Below are positions 21,038 through 32,456 of a stretch of DNA of 64,000 nt, one piece after another. This stretch comes from Candidatus Bathyarchaeota archaeon (GTDB taxonomy: Archaea > Thermoproteota > Bathyarchaeia > Bathyarchaeales > Bathycorpusculaceae). Both the position numbers and the translations under genes were made by a program. The notes beneath the pieces were generated by a model. That model saw nothing but the letters and a program-made list of their open reading frames with translations, searched no databases and was not told the DNA's origin. Position 1 is the first letter of the stretch; each line of letters begins with the position of its first letter. Location of the stretch: the NCBI GenBank assembly GCA_963772455.1, contig CAVYXJ010000020.1:1-64000 (forward strand), in the 5' to 3' direction.

Positions 21038-21948
21038 TTAAGTTGCATCCCAATCGGATAAAGCCTGTTTTGAAGTAGACCAAGAAAAACTTGGAATACT
21101 GTCCCACCCATAAGTGCAATACCGACATGTTGAAGGAGCCTTCGTAAGTGCCTTCTTTACTTCCCACCCAGTCAGATTAGGCGCATAAATGTTAACGTAT
21201 GCATCACTTGGAATCTGAGTTTTAAATTTCTTGTTGAAATGCTGAATATAGGTAGGAATTGGACAACTGTAAATCCGCCCATTTCTAAGATTGGTACAAA
21301 TATTCCATTTCGCTTTACAATTCCTGAAAGTTTAACTCCCTATTGGAGTCACCTTTAGGATTATAAAATGCGTAAAAGCTGTCGGCTTTTTTAAATTCAT
21401 TGAGTTTTACGCCCTTTGCACGCAATAATTTATAGAGAAATTTCATTTTGTTTTTTAGAGGAGGATACACAGTAATATCAAAACTAATATTATTGGTCTT
21501 GCAGGTTTCCCAAAAAGAATCTGACATTTTATCTAAAAGAATACCGTTAGTAACAATTCTTATATCCGCTTTAGAAAAAACGCGTCTTGTTTGTAACAAA
21601 AGTTGTTCTACTTTGGGATGAAGTAATGGTTCTCCTCCCATAATCCGTATTACCCGAATTGTTGAAAATAATTTTTTTAGTTGGGTAATATCAGTGCATA
21701 ATTATCTGGATCGATAAACCATTCATCTGCAATAGGAGAGAAATGCCCACAACCCTTGCAGTTCAAGTTGCATTGATCCACAATGTGCACTTCAAGGTAA
21801 GCCAGCACAGGTTTAATTTTAAGTACCGTCCCTATTTTAGGAACTAATATCTGTGATCCAAAACGGTAACTAAATCTTCCGACAAAATGTTCTATATCTA
21901 ATTCATCATACAAATTCAGTTCTTCCTTAGCTTCTTTATTTTAAACAT
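21038..21948 (-). pseudogene. Radical SAM protein with C-terminal Cys cluster; frameshifted, start approximate
   Basis: HIVDQCNLNCKGCGHFSP (CxxxCxxC), MGGEPLLHP, IVTNGILL, then CTNLRNGRIYSCP...CRYC and WDAT* at 21038. Confidence 0.85.
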
Positions 21949-22119
21949 AATCAATAAGACTTTTTCGCTGAAATAGCGAAATATCGAAAGGGATGATCAA
22001 CGACAAATACATAGCTCTTCTTAAGACCTATGGATCTAGCAGTTCGTACTTTATGCCTATATACCGATATAAGCAACCAACACAGTTCTCAAAAATTCAA
22101 TCTTCGGATTGAGATTCAC

Positions 22120-23346
22120 TTATTCACTTGACTTAATACCTTTCTTAAACTCTTTTCTCATTAATTTTAATCCCCATTTTGGATAGTAGCTAATTTGACT
22201 CATAGCCAGATTCAAAAACCAATTCTGCCTCCGAAAGAGCACTTCTAACAGCCATTTTCTGAGGGCAAAGATCTTCACATCTTCCACATCCAACACACTT
22301 CGCGCTTGACTCCTAGGAGTTATATGACTCCCAATACTTGCTTTTGATATTCTTCGGCGTCCCATTATACCGATAATCATGGTAAAGGGATAATATAGCA
22401 GGTATGTCGACGCCCTTTGGACAGGGTAGGCAGTAACCGCAGCCTGAACATTTAATATATCCCAGTTCTTCATACTTTTCTTTCACGCGCTCAACAAGAG
22501 CAAGTTCATTCTCAGTCATAATGCACGGTTTGGAATGATTAGCTATTTCTACAGTTTTCAACAACCTGATTTAGTGTGTTCATACCACTGAGAGCGATTG
22601 ATACTTGAGGGTTGATTCCAGATCCAGCGAAGTGCCCACTCAGGGGGATTTCTCTTAATTTCCGATGTATCCCATAGCGACTTGCACTTCTTTTGGAGGG
22701 GTAGACGGCAATTTTTCCTCCAGCAAGAGGCTCCATAACTACGATGCCTAAACCTTTGGAGGCAGCATATTCAAGACCTCTTGTTCCAGCTTGATTATTC
22801 GCAGTCCATGTAGTTGTATTGAATCTGACTAGAAGGTCCAATCAGAATAACCATCAATGATCTCCTTAAAAACATCAAAATTATCGTGAAAGCTAAAGCC
22901 AATGTATTTTATGACACCTTCATCCATTTTTCTCTCAAGCCAAGCAATAACGTCAAGTTGTCTTAATTTGCTCCATTGACTCTGTTGAGACCATGCAATA
23001 AATAGAAATCAATGTAATTCACATTTAGCCTTTTTATTTGTTCATCAAAATATTTGTCCATATCTTGCTGAGATTGGATTAGCCAAGAGGGCATTTTTGT
23101 AGCAACTTTTACTTTTTCTCTATAACCATCCTTGAGTGCTTCCCCAACAAGGACTTCGCTCATTCCTTGATGATAGGTGTAGGCAGTGTCAATGTAATTA
23201 ACACCATGGTCGATTGCGTACCTAATCATTTTCTTTGATAAAGGCTGATTTAATTCGTTGCTATTCTTGTTAATGGGCAACCTCATGCATCCAAAACCCA
23301 AAGCTGAAGCTTCCCAAGTTAATTTTCCAAACTTCCTATAATTCAT
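22120..23346 (-). pseudogene. Aldo/keto reductase with C-terminal 4Fe-4S dicluster; split into 4 ORFs
   Basis: MNYRKFGK..ASALGFGCMRLP, NYIDTAYTYH, VATKMP, IGFSFHD, VMEPLAGG, LSGMN, CSGCGYCLPCP. Confidence 0.88.
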
Positions 23347-23391
23347 CCTTAACCACTCAATTCCCCATAAATTTCCAAAACATTTTAGAGT

Positions 23392-24327
23392 TTATTGCAC
23401 AGGGAATTTTAACTCCACAGAAGTCAACGATTTAACCGGGTGGAAAATGCCTGCATCTTCATGTTTATAGATTTCTTTTTCTTGCCAAATTGGCCTAAAC
23501 CTGCAAGCGGGAAAATCTAATTTTCCAATTTTGAAGCCCAAATTAGTGATAATAGTAGGAAACCTCATCTCTGCAACACAATAAGGTTCCCCTGAGAAGT
23601 CAATTTTAAGATCAGACAGTTTTTCAAGAATTGAATGCGAGATTAAACTTCCTCCGAAAAGAGACCGAAAGAGATTTGTTTTTAGCTTCCTTTGCCTTAA
23701 CCAATTTCGGGTCGCGGAACTGCAGCCTGGAGGGTAATGATAAAAATACCAACTGGGAGTAGCTTTTTCATAGTTTTTAAAACATGCATCGAATAATTTC
23801 AAATAAGGTTTGTATATTTGTGCAAGCGATTTAGTAGTGTACATATCGAATTCGTAAAAAATCAAATAATCAAAGTCCAGAGCTTTTCCCACGGTGTTGA
23901 ACCAGTTCATTATTGCAGAGTCTCCGTTGAAGTATACCATAGGCGTGTAATCTGCGTATATTGTTTGGATGTTTTCGCGTTTTGAAATTTTTCTTAATTC
24001 TGTCAGAGTGCTATTTCCTGTAAAGGAACCAACTTTGTAGTTGATTTCTTTAGCTAATTTATAAACTCCTGGTATTGACTGAAAAATCGAATTAATTAAA
24101 TGTGAAGATGGACCGATCAAGCGGATTTGTCGCATTGGACCCAACATAAATTCGTCAACGATACCAGGAAAGTATAGGAATTGTCTCATCCCAACAACCG
24201 GAATAAATATTGCATCTGGATTCATTGCGCGAAGTCTTCGTAATCTTTGCAAAGCCATGAATTGAAGTTGCTTCTGAAAACATATAGAAAACAGCAAATT
24301 TGTGTCATTTTCAGCTTGGCACCTCAC
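23392..24327 (-). CDS. Hypothetical protein, probable divergent glycosyltransferase (DUF3405-like motifs)
   Basis: FDYLIFYEFD, AEMRFPT, terminal IFHPVK; glycan-cluster context. Confidence 0.55.
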   Translation of the reverse strand: MRCQAENDTNLLFSICFQKQLQFMALQRLRRLRAMNPDAIFIPVVGMRQFLYFPGIVDEFMLGPMRQIRLIGPSSHLINSIFQSIPGVYKLAKEINYKVGSFTGNSTLTELRKISKRENIQTIYADYTPMVYFNGDSAIMNWFNTVGKALDFDYLIFYEFDMYTTKSLAQIYKPYLKLFDACFKNYEKATPSWYFYHYPPGCSSATRNWLRQRKLKTNLFRSLFGGSLISHSILEKLSDLKIDFSGEPYCVAEMRFPTIITNLGFKIGKLDFPACRFRPIWQEKEIYKHEDAGIFHPVKSLTSVELKFPVQ

Positions 24328-24772
24328 CTAAAATAATATGTTTGCTAACAAGGTTGAAAAGAGAATAGCAGCAGTTCAAGGATATACCGCAACTAAGTAT
24401 TCACATAAGGAGAGTTTATAAACAAATTGCTGGAAAGGCATTAAAACGGCTAATTCTTTGGGCAATCTAACTATCTTGAACATTTTATTCCTTTTCAGAG
24501 TTGCAGCAAACAATTTTCAAGCTTCTAAAAAGTTATAGTCATTCTTAAAATAGAATGCAACTTTTCGTTTATTTCTATTTAGGGCTTTTTAGTTGATCAA
24601 TATTAATTTGTTAAGCTAAAGATGCGATGGCTATAAATTGGTTCAAGTGACAAAACCACGCAAAATGAAGAATTCTGACAAACATTATTTTTTGTAAATA
24701 ACATTGAAAAAAATTCTGAATAATTCTAAGACCACCAGAAATTAATAACCCAATTTGTAAGTGAATAGATGA

Positions 24773-25672
24773 TTGGTTGGAATGTCAAACTTTTTGAGAA
24801 AGATTATGCAAAAGTATCTTGAAAGAAAGCGATTGCTTCTTCTCCCTAATAGTTCTCAATGGTATGAATCGCCGATACCCGATTTAGAGAAGTTAGATAA
24901 TGCTTTTTGGTTGAAGCATACTGAAATGGTTGGCGTTAATATTAACGAGAAAAAGGCGTTAGAACTCCTTGAAATTTTTGAAAACAAGTTTAAAAATGAA
25001 TATGAAGCCTTTCCGATGAATGAGACCGCAGTTCCATACCAATATTATGTAAAAAATCCGATGTTTACCTCAATGGATGCAGAAATACTCTATTGTATGA
25101 TTCGATATTTTAAGCCAAGCAACATAACTGAAATTGGTTCAGGTTACTCTACCCGTCTAGCTGCCGAGGCGATATTAAAGAATCAAAAAGAAGACAGTAG
25201 CTACAGGTGTGAGTTAACAGCAATTGAACCATATCCACAAAATATTTTAAAAACTGGGTTTCCAGGATTAACAAAATTAATATGCAAACCTATTCAGGAA
25301 ATTCCTTTGTCAACATTTGAGAGTCTGAAACAAAACGATATCCTCTTCATTGATTCTTCACATGTATTGCGAACTGGCGGAGATGTTCAGATTGAATATC
25401 TTGAAATTTTGCCAAGACTTAGCAAAGGAGTAGTAGTACAAATACACGATATAATGTTTCCTGAAGATTACCCTATGTACAGACTAAAGCAAAATCGTTT
25501 TTATACTGAACAATATCTACTTCAAGCTTTTTTAGCGTTCAACAACAACTTTGAAATTCTATGGCCAGGAAACTATCTCCACTTGAAATATTCCGACAAA
25601 TTGGAAAAAGCGTTCAGTAGGTACAAAGAAATAAAAGCAAGCGGTAGTTTTTGGATGAGACGAACCATATAG
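24773..25672 (+). CDS. Class I SAM-dependent methyltransferase (Methyltransf_24-like)
   Basis: DAEILYCMIRYFKP, EIGSGYST, AIEPYP, ILFIDSSHV, IHDI, YTEQYLLQAFL. Confidence 0.9.
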   Translation: MVGMSNFLRKIMQKYLERKRLLLLPNSSQWYESPIPDLEKLDNAFWLKHTEMVGVNINEKKALELLEIFENKFKNEYEAFPMNETAVPYQYYVKNPMFTSMDAEILYCMIRYFKPSNITEIGSGYSTRLAAEAILKNQKEDSSYRCELTAIEPYPQNILKTGFPGLTKLICKPIQEIPLSTFESLKQNDILFIDSSHVLRTGGDVQIEYLEILPRLSKGVVVQIHDIMFPEDYPMYRLKQNRFYTEQYLLQAFLAFNNNFEILWPGNYLHLKYSDKLEKAFSRYKEIKASGSFWMRRTI

Positions 25673-25824
25673 TTGTAATAAGGCTGGATCTAACTTTTTG
25701 TTTTTAATCGGCCAGAACTTTACTTGAGCAGCAAAGAGTTCAAGGGTCAAGTTTCCTTTTCTATTATTGCATTAAATCGAATTGTTTTTTTAGCAAACGT
25801 TTCTGAGCATTGAAATAAAGCCAT

Positions 25825-28021
25825 CTATAGAATATAATTTGCGCCAGCTGCAAAGTCATCAACATATCCTATTGGGTGGTAGTACGCTCCGTCTACTTCG
25901 TTAAGACCGAAGGCTACATACCGATAAGGCCCAACTGGAGTATCCGGCGAAGAAACCACAAGTTGTCCATTAATAAAAAGACCGCTACTACCTGCAGACG
26001 CTTTGATCTCTAAACTATACCAGTTATTTATCTGAAAAGTAACAGGCGAACTAAGATATGTATGCCATGAAGATGAGAAAACATCTAATTCCCAATACAG
26101 AACACCCGCAATATTAACTAAACCCCCTGCCACAACAGGATGTTGTGTGGCGCTATTCTCAATCCAGATGACCCCAACGTAGTCATTTGTTGACGATGGA
26201 GCGGAATCCAACATGGCATATGTTCTAGCATACAAAGTAGAATAAGCTTGACCAAGGTCTTTGTAGACGTACGCAAATCTTGCGCTAGTTCCAGAGTTTG
26301 TAATTTTAGCAGAGTAAATTCCCTGATGAATGCTGGTAGTACCGACAACTATGGAACCACCTGACTGGTAAGTTCCAGTCCAAGCATTAAGTCCATTTTC
26401 AAGACCATCAGAAAACACGGTATCGACCCTGCTTTGAATCAATGTAGGAGAGAAAGTAAACGAGTTCTGTGAATCAGTTAACCACGTTGAATTGTACACT
26501 AGATAGGTTGATACGTTGATCAATTTTTTATTCAAATCAAAACTGTAGATTCTTGCTGATGCTGCACCTACCCTATCGCCTGCGCTATTTGTCACTTCCT
26601 GCATGTCCCAGTGGATCTGCATTCTTGTTCCTACTTGATTGCGTGAAGCGAAATTGGTCGAGTGCTCATGCCCATTAAGAGTAAGAAATACGTTCGGATA
26701 GTTGTTAAGAGTGTTCACAAAGTTTGTTTCCCAAGAACCATCGTCTCCCTCGTTTGTGTATACTCCTGACCCACTTAGCAAACTATGGACCCCAATAATA
26801 ACATTGTAATCAGGGTGAGTTGATATCAAGTTGGTCATCCAAGAAATTACGCTTGAATTTGCGTAGAATTCAACGTCAATAATCAGGAACTTAAAATTGC
26901 CGTAGGAAAACTGCACTGCCGTGTTTTTTCCATTGTACAAGTCACTTACCCAATAAGATTTCGCCCTCATAATGGCAGGATTGAATGCAGCGTAATTGTT
27001 CCCCAACCATGATGTGTTAGGGTTTTGTTGAGGATTTTGGTCATGGTTTCCAGCGGTCCAACAATACGGAACTCCACTGTTCAACAATTTACCCATTGAT
27101 TTATTCGCATTTTGCCAGTCCACTGTAGATGTAGAATAATCTACTATGTCACCAGTATGAACTACCATTGAAACATTGTAGTTTTTTACGTTGACGACTA
27201 TCCATTGTGACAAACTATCGAGCAACTGAGGGTACATGTCTGCCAAGTGTTGGGTGTCTGTTATTTGAATTATTGAAAAAGATGTTGAAGATGTAGTTGG
27301 ATTTACAGTTATAAGTCCATTGTAGTTTGCGCCTGCTGTAAAGTCATCAATATATCCTGTTGGATGATAGTCTGCTCCATCTATTTCGTTAAGACCTGTG
27401 GCAACATATCGATATGGTCCAGCTGGAGTGTCTGGTGAAGAGACCACAAGTTGTCCGTTAATATATAAACTGCTGCTGCCCGCAGATGCCTTGATCTCTA
27501 CACTATACCAGTTATTTGTTTGAAAACTAAGAGGTGAACTAAGATATGTGTGCCATGAAGATGAGTAAACATCCAATTCCCAATATAGGATCCCTGCAAG
27601 GTTAACTAAACCTCCTGCTACGACGGGATGTTGTGTGGCGCTATTTTCGATCCAGAGGAATCCAACGTAATCGTTTGTTGATGGCGGAGCGGAATCCAAC
27701 ATGGCATATGTTCTAGCATACAAAGTGGAGTATGCTTGGCCAAGGTCTTTGTAGACGTAGGCAAATCTTGCGCCTGTTCCAGAGTTTGTGATTTTAACTG
27801 AATTGATTCCTTGGTGAGGGTTGGTTGTACCGACAGCTATGGAACCACCTGATTGATAGGTTCCAGTCCAAGCTGTAAATCCATTTTCTAGACCATCAGA
27901 AAACACGCTGTCAGCTCTTACAATTAGATTGACCTCAGAAGCAAAAGTGCTAAAAAATAACAGAAGCGTCAGAACACCGATGCAAAAGATAAGTTTTGAA
28001 TTCTTATCTATGTTCTTTATC
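25825..28021 (-). CDS. Secreted metallophosphoesterase flanked by two copies of a concanavalin/LamG-like beta-sandwich domain; start uncertain
   Basis: ORF 25825-27906. The frame stays open upstream through a signal peptide (KNSKLIFCIGVLTLLLFFSTFA...VRA). Core ITDTQH/HTGDIVD/GNHD/NGHEH; repeat FSDGLENG..AWTG...WYS.EIK...L.INGQLV...Y.DDF. Confidence 0.85.
25834..27906 (-). repeat. Internal domain duplication, 585 bp x2 (27322-27906 and 25834-26418), highly similar but diverged
   Basis: Both copies start gtgttttctgatggtct.gaaaatgga and end at GANY; offset 1488 bp. Confidence 0.9.
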
Positions 28022-28326
28022 CAACAACCACCTTAAATTATCATTTTAGACAAGAAGATGTCTGATACTTTAAGGCTATGGTAAAATCATCGTATACGAA
28101 TAAAAACAGAGAAGAGCAGAATTGATGGACTTCGAAGATAATATCCTACTATTCAACAATCTAGTTAAGCTTCATTTACCAGTTATTATTAAAAATAAAG
28201 ATATGATGAATAAGCGGTTATCTTTGAAAAGAGTTGGGGCTTGACACAAAGACTTAGCATTTGGACATTCTCAAAGTTGATTAGAATATCCTGATAAGTA
28301 ACAACGACTTTTTGTTTTTGAAAAAT

Positions 28327-29436
28327 CTATTTTCTTAATTTTGTTTCTAAAAAATCTTCAAAGTATTCAAGCCAAGACATCTCAAATTCGCAACCAGCCA
28401 TTTTGGCAGCAAATGGCCAACGAACAAAAGGAAATACCATAAGGGCTCTATGGCCGTAATGCTTCTGAAAAGTAATGGGATTCGAAATAGATGAACTTAG
28501 ATATATGGCCATTCTCAAGATCCCAACCACTTCATAGAACTCAAGTCTTGATCGAATTTCCCCCTGATAATTTTTAATATACTCCGAAACAAAATGATCA
28601 GCAGTTTTTTCTTTTAAAGCGAGACTCTTCTCATCTGAAAACAATTTAACATAATGATAAGAATATCCAACATCAAATGCAGGATCGCCTATCTCAGCTC
28701 CCTCCCAATCTATAACGCTTAACCTTGATTTGTCAGTCATTATTACGTTTCCTGGATGAAAATCACCATGAAGAAGAGAATAACGAGGGCAATAAACATC
28801 GGAAGCGTTCGAATCAAGCCAGGAAGCCGCCAAATCAAAACCTTTCTTAAGTTTTCTTTGATGCTTACTAGATTGCAATAATTGATTAATATGAATCTGC
28901 CAAAATTTAGCGAATGCAAACCCATCCTTGGGAAGTCTCAGATATTCTATCCCTAATTGGTTTACATTCAAATTATGAAGACATGCAAGAGTATTAGCAA
29001 AACAATCAAATTTAACGAGATGTTTACAAATAGGCTTTTCTTGGAGCATCAAAATAAAAGGAGACCCAATAAAACTAGAGTTTTTCTCGCAAAGATATAC
29101 TTGCGGAACTGGAAAGCCAATACGACCAAGATTCTTCAAAACTTGAAATTCTCGCTCGCAAATAAGGTAGTCATGATAATCTACATTCAGAATTGGATGA
29201 ATATTTTTCTCATAGATTTTTAGAACGAGATTGCAAACCTGCTTAACTCCGTCAAATGTATAAGCCAATGTGAAAGAGTAGACATTACTTCTAACGCCCC
29301 CACCAACCTTTTTCAATTTTGAAATCGTAAGGTTATTTGCATTTTTAGGTATAAAGTTCAAACTTTCATTGCGTTGAGCTAATTGCAAATAATCTTCAAG
29401 TTTTTTTTGATTCAGTCCTTTGCCTGAAAAACTCAA
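28327..29436 (-). CDS. Aminoglycoside phosphotransferase / choline kinase-like kinase
   Basis: LVLKIY, REFQVL, FPVPQVY, LLHGDFHPGNV (Brenner motif), VIDWEGAEIGDPAFDV. Confidence 0.88.
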   Translation of the reverse strand: MSFSGKGLNQKKLEDYLQLAQRNESLNFIPKNANNLTISKLKKVGGGVRSNVYSFTLAYTFDGVKQVCNLVLKIYEKNIHPILNVDYHDYLICEREFQVLKNLGRIGFPVPQVYLCEKNSSFIGSPFILMLQEKPICKHLVKFDCFANTLACLHNLNVNQLGIEYLRLPKDGFAFAKFWQIHINQLLQSSKHQRKLKKGFDLAASWLDSNASDVYCPRYSLLHGDFHPGNVIMTDKSRLSVIDWEGAEIGDPAFDVGYSYHYVKLFSDEKSLALKEKTADHFVSEYIKNYQGEIRSRLEFYEVVGILRMAIYLSSSISNPITFQKHYGHRALMVFPFVRWPFAAKMAGCEFEMSWLEYFEDFLETKLRK

Positions 29437-29489
29437 TGATGCACCCTCCTCGCCAACTTTTTCATAGTAGAATAATGAGAATAATTAAG

Positions 29490-31091
29490 TTAATGAGATT
29501 TCTCTTTCGATGAAATCAAAGTTTTCAATTTCAGAAGGGTTTCCATTATTTTCAGTGGACCATCCAATAGTGTAGATACTACTCTTAAACTCGAAAACAT
29601 TGTTCGCAAAGTCTTAATGTCCGTTAGACTGATTGCACCAAAAAGAGGAGCTGAAACCAAAAAAGTTATAGCAAAAAGGATTGAACCAAAAGCTAAACTC
29701 AGCCAATAAGGAACAACAATAATACTTAAAGAAAAATAAACAATTAGAGTTGCAGTAGTACAAGCAAGAAAGATTTTAGCAGAAGACCTAATATCCACAT
29801 TTGCATCGTAATGTTTACGTAAAAAGTATAGGCCATAAAAAAGATAAGGCATAGCTGCAACAATACTGCTAACAATTAAACCAATTATACCAAACGTCGG
29901 AATAAGAAATAGACCTAACGGAATTCCTGTAATAAGACTAATCAAATTCATTTTAAATAGCAACTTCGTCTCCCCAAGAGCGTAAAGAATACTTGGAACG
30001 CTTAATGTTCCTAAAAGAATAAACAGATTTCCGAACGATCCTATTGTTAGAAAATCAGAAGAGTAAACCCACTTGTTTCCATAAAGAGTTCCGATAAGAG
30101 GTTGGGAAAGAACCATTATGGCCATTACAAAAGGAACCACAATGAGACCCGAATACTTAACAGACGAGGAGAAAACAGTTCTAAGAAGGATTTTCTCTTT
30201 TTGTGGATCTAGTTTTGAAAAAGCCGGAAACAGTACAGTAGTCAAAGGATAAGTAAACAAAGCAATGAGAAGAGAGAAGTTATTCGCGATCGTATAATTT
30301 CCTATTAAAATAGTGGTACAAAAAGCAGCCATCATAAAAGAATAGAATTGAGATTGAATTCCCTTCAAAATGTTACTAACCGCCACAGGAAAACCAAAAT
30401 GGAGCAAAGGTTTCAAAGTCTCTCTAAAACTCTTGCTTGACGACAATCTACCAAGTTTTGAAAATACTTTGGAATACAAAATAAACGCAGAAATCACACT
30501 TGTTGCAATTGTTCCCAAAGTATAACCGATTACAGCACCAAAAGCCCCATATCCCAAAAAAACTAGTAATGGAGCTGTTACACCCTGGACTACGGCTTGA
30601 AAAATTATTACATAACTACTTAGATCCATGCGCTCAAAACCTATTAAGACACTTTGAACAACACCACTTAATGAAATTGATAAAACGCTAACAGATGCGA
30701 GAGCAATTAAAAACCCTGAATCAGGTTTGCCAAATACTGAAGAGGCGATAATGTTGGACATCAACAATAATGAAACGGTTAACACTATGCCAGTTAACAA
30801 CCCAAACGACAGGGCTACAGTAATAGTTTTTCGCAAACTTGTCCCGTTATTAGTGACTCGATTCTGGGCACAGAATCTTGTTAAAGCGGAGTTTACACCC
30901 CAGTCTTGAAACAAAAGAATTGTCGTTGCAGGAATCAAAGCAATTGTGTAAAGCCCATAATCGCTTTGCAGAATATACCATCCGATAACTATTGTCCCAA
31001 CAGCTAACACAATAGTAGACAGTAATTTTCCAATGAATAACTGAAAACTACCACTAGCTGAGGTCTGACCCATTTCCAACGCTTTTTCCAT
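29490..31091 (-). CDS. Oligosaccharide flippase (Wzx/MOP family)
   Basis: About 14 TMs; DYGLYTIA, DWGVNSALTRF, IGNYTIA, VLFPAFSKL. Confidence 0.9.
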   Translation of the reverse strand: MEKALEMGQTSASGSFQLFIGKLLSTIVLAVGTIVIGWYILQSDYGLYTIALIPATTILLFQDWGVNSALTRFCAQNRVTNNGTSLRKTITVALSFGLLTGIVLTVSLLLMSNIIASSVFGKPDSGFLIALASVSVLSISLSGVVQSVLIGFERMDLSSYVIIFQAVVQGVTAPLLVFLGYGAFGAVIGYTLGTIATSVISAFILYSKVFSKLGRLSSSKSFRETLKPLLHFGFPVAVSNILKGIQSQFYSFMMAAFCTTILIGNYTIANNFSLLIALFTYPLTTVLFPAFSKLDPQKEKILLRTVFSSSVKYSGLIVVPFVMAIMVLSQPLIGTLYGNKWVYSSDFLTIGSFGNLFILLGTLSVPSILYALGETKLLFKMNLISLITGIPLGLFLIPTFGIIGLIVSSIVAAMPYLFYGLYFLRKHYDANVDIRSSAKIFLACTTATLIVYFSLSIIVVPYWLSLAFGSILFAITFLVSAPLFGAISLTDIKTLRTMFSSLRVVSTLLDGPLKIMETLLKLKTLISSKEKSH

Positions 31092-31212
31092 AAACTTCGC
31101 CTAAATGTCTAAAAATAATTCTAACCAAGATACTAAATTGGTATTAATGCTTTTCAAAAGAAAGGTCATTGTATTCTTTTAAGCAGTATTTCTGATTAAA
31201 ACAAGTGAATTT

Positions 31213-32400
31213 TCAAATGTTTCCAACTTCATTTAAGAGTCGAATATAATTATTTTTCATTCTCAATAGGCTAAAGTTTTCTTCGACACGTTTTTTAGCG
31301 TTCTGACCCATTCGCCTAGCAAGTTTTTGATCGAGCAGAAGAGAGCGTACATGAGATGTAAGTTGTTCGACATTCCCCCAATCGGCGAGCAATCCCGTCT
31401 CATTATGAATTATAGCTTCTTTGTTCGCTCCCACATCATATGCAACAACAGGCTTTTCGTGCGCCATTGCTTGTAGAACAGAATAACTCATCGGTTCTGG
31501 CCATAAGGACGGCAAAAGAAGCAAATAACTTGACTGAAATATCTCCTGTAATTCTCTTGCATCCCAGATATAGTCCATGGTTTCAAAGGTGCTTCCTTGA
31601 AAAGTTTTTTGACCAACCCAAAGAAACCGAACATTTGGAAAATCAGGTTTAAGATTCTTTGAGAGCTGAACAAAATGGTGATACCCTTTTTGTTTTGAAA
31701 TATTATTAGACAAGAATAGAACTGTTTTTTTCTCGAATTTAGAAAATGAAGATTCAACGGTTTTGAAATCTACACCATTATAAATCACATTAACTTTGCT
31801 AACGTCATAATTTAAAGACCCCATAATATTCTTCAAAAATAAACTATCACTAACAATAGCTGTGGCGTAGTTAAGTTTTGATTTCAAATTATTGATCTTG
31901 TTTATCTGCATAGTTGAAAATAACTTGCTAGGCATTAGAACAGAAGGCGATGTAGAAGTAAATTCCCCCGCAAGTCGCCCCTGTTTTATGACGCATGGCC
32001 CGCAACTCCAATTGGGTCCTTTGCACGGTGACTCCAGGATCATATTAAAAAGGTCAGCTTTTGGGCAAACAGGCCAAAGAATTTGAGCCTGGACAATCGT
32101 TGGAATCCTAGAAAGAATACTTCCCCAAAAAGCAGAAAGATCATAATCATACCAAGTCATAACAATATTAGGATTAACTTTTTCAATATATTGGCGGTAA
32201 ATCTTAACACACGTCGAATCCACTATAATATTGGGAGGAGACCAAGGATAAATTTTCCAGAAGGGGCGATCGCGTGGAAAATAAGCTATCGAAACATCAT
32301 ATCCACATTGTGAGAGAATAGAAGCCAACAGTTTTGCAATGCGGGGTTCTCCTCCAGGCCAACCTGGCTGGTTTATAATGCCTGTGAATAGAACCTTCAT
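31213..32400 (-). CDS. Glycosyltransferase family 4
   Basis: GGE, VIYNGVD, KGYHHF, PSLWPEPMSYSVLQAMAHEKPVVAYDVG. Confidence 0.92.
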   Translation of the reverse strand: MKVLFTGIINQPGWPGGEPRIAKLLASILSQCGYDVSIAYFPRDRPFWKIYPWSPPNIIVDSTCVKIYRQYIEKVNPNIVMTWYDYDLSAFWGSILSRIPTIVQAQILWPVCPKADLFNMILESPCKGPNWSCGPCVIKQGRLAGEFTSTSPSVLMPSKLFSTMQINKINNLKSKLNYATAIVSDSLFLKNIMGSLNYDVSKVNVIYNGVDFKTVESSFSKFEKKTVLFLSNNISKQKGYHHFVQLSKNLKPDFPNVRFLWVGQKTFQGSTFETMDYIWDARELQEIFQSSYLLLLPSLWPEPMSYSVLQAMAHEKPVVAYDVGANKEAIIHNETGLLADWGNVEQLTSHVRSLLLDQKLARRMGQNAKKRVEENFSLLRMKNNYIRLLNEVGNI

Positions 32401-32456
32401 TTGAATTCAACCTTTAAACAATAATTATCTCGTAAAAATTTAAGATAGAATCTTTT

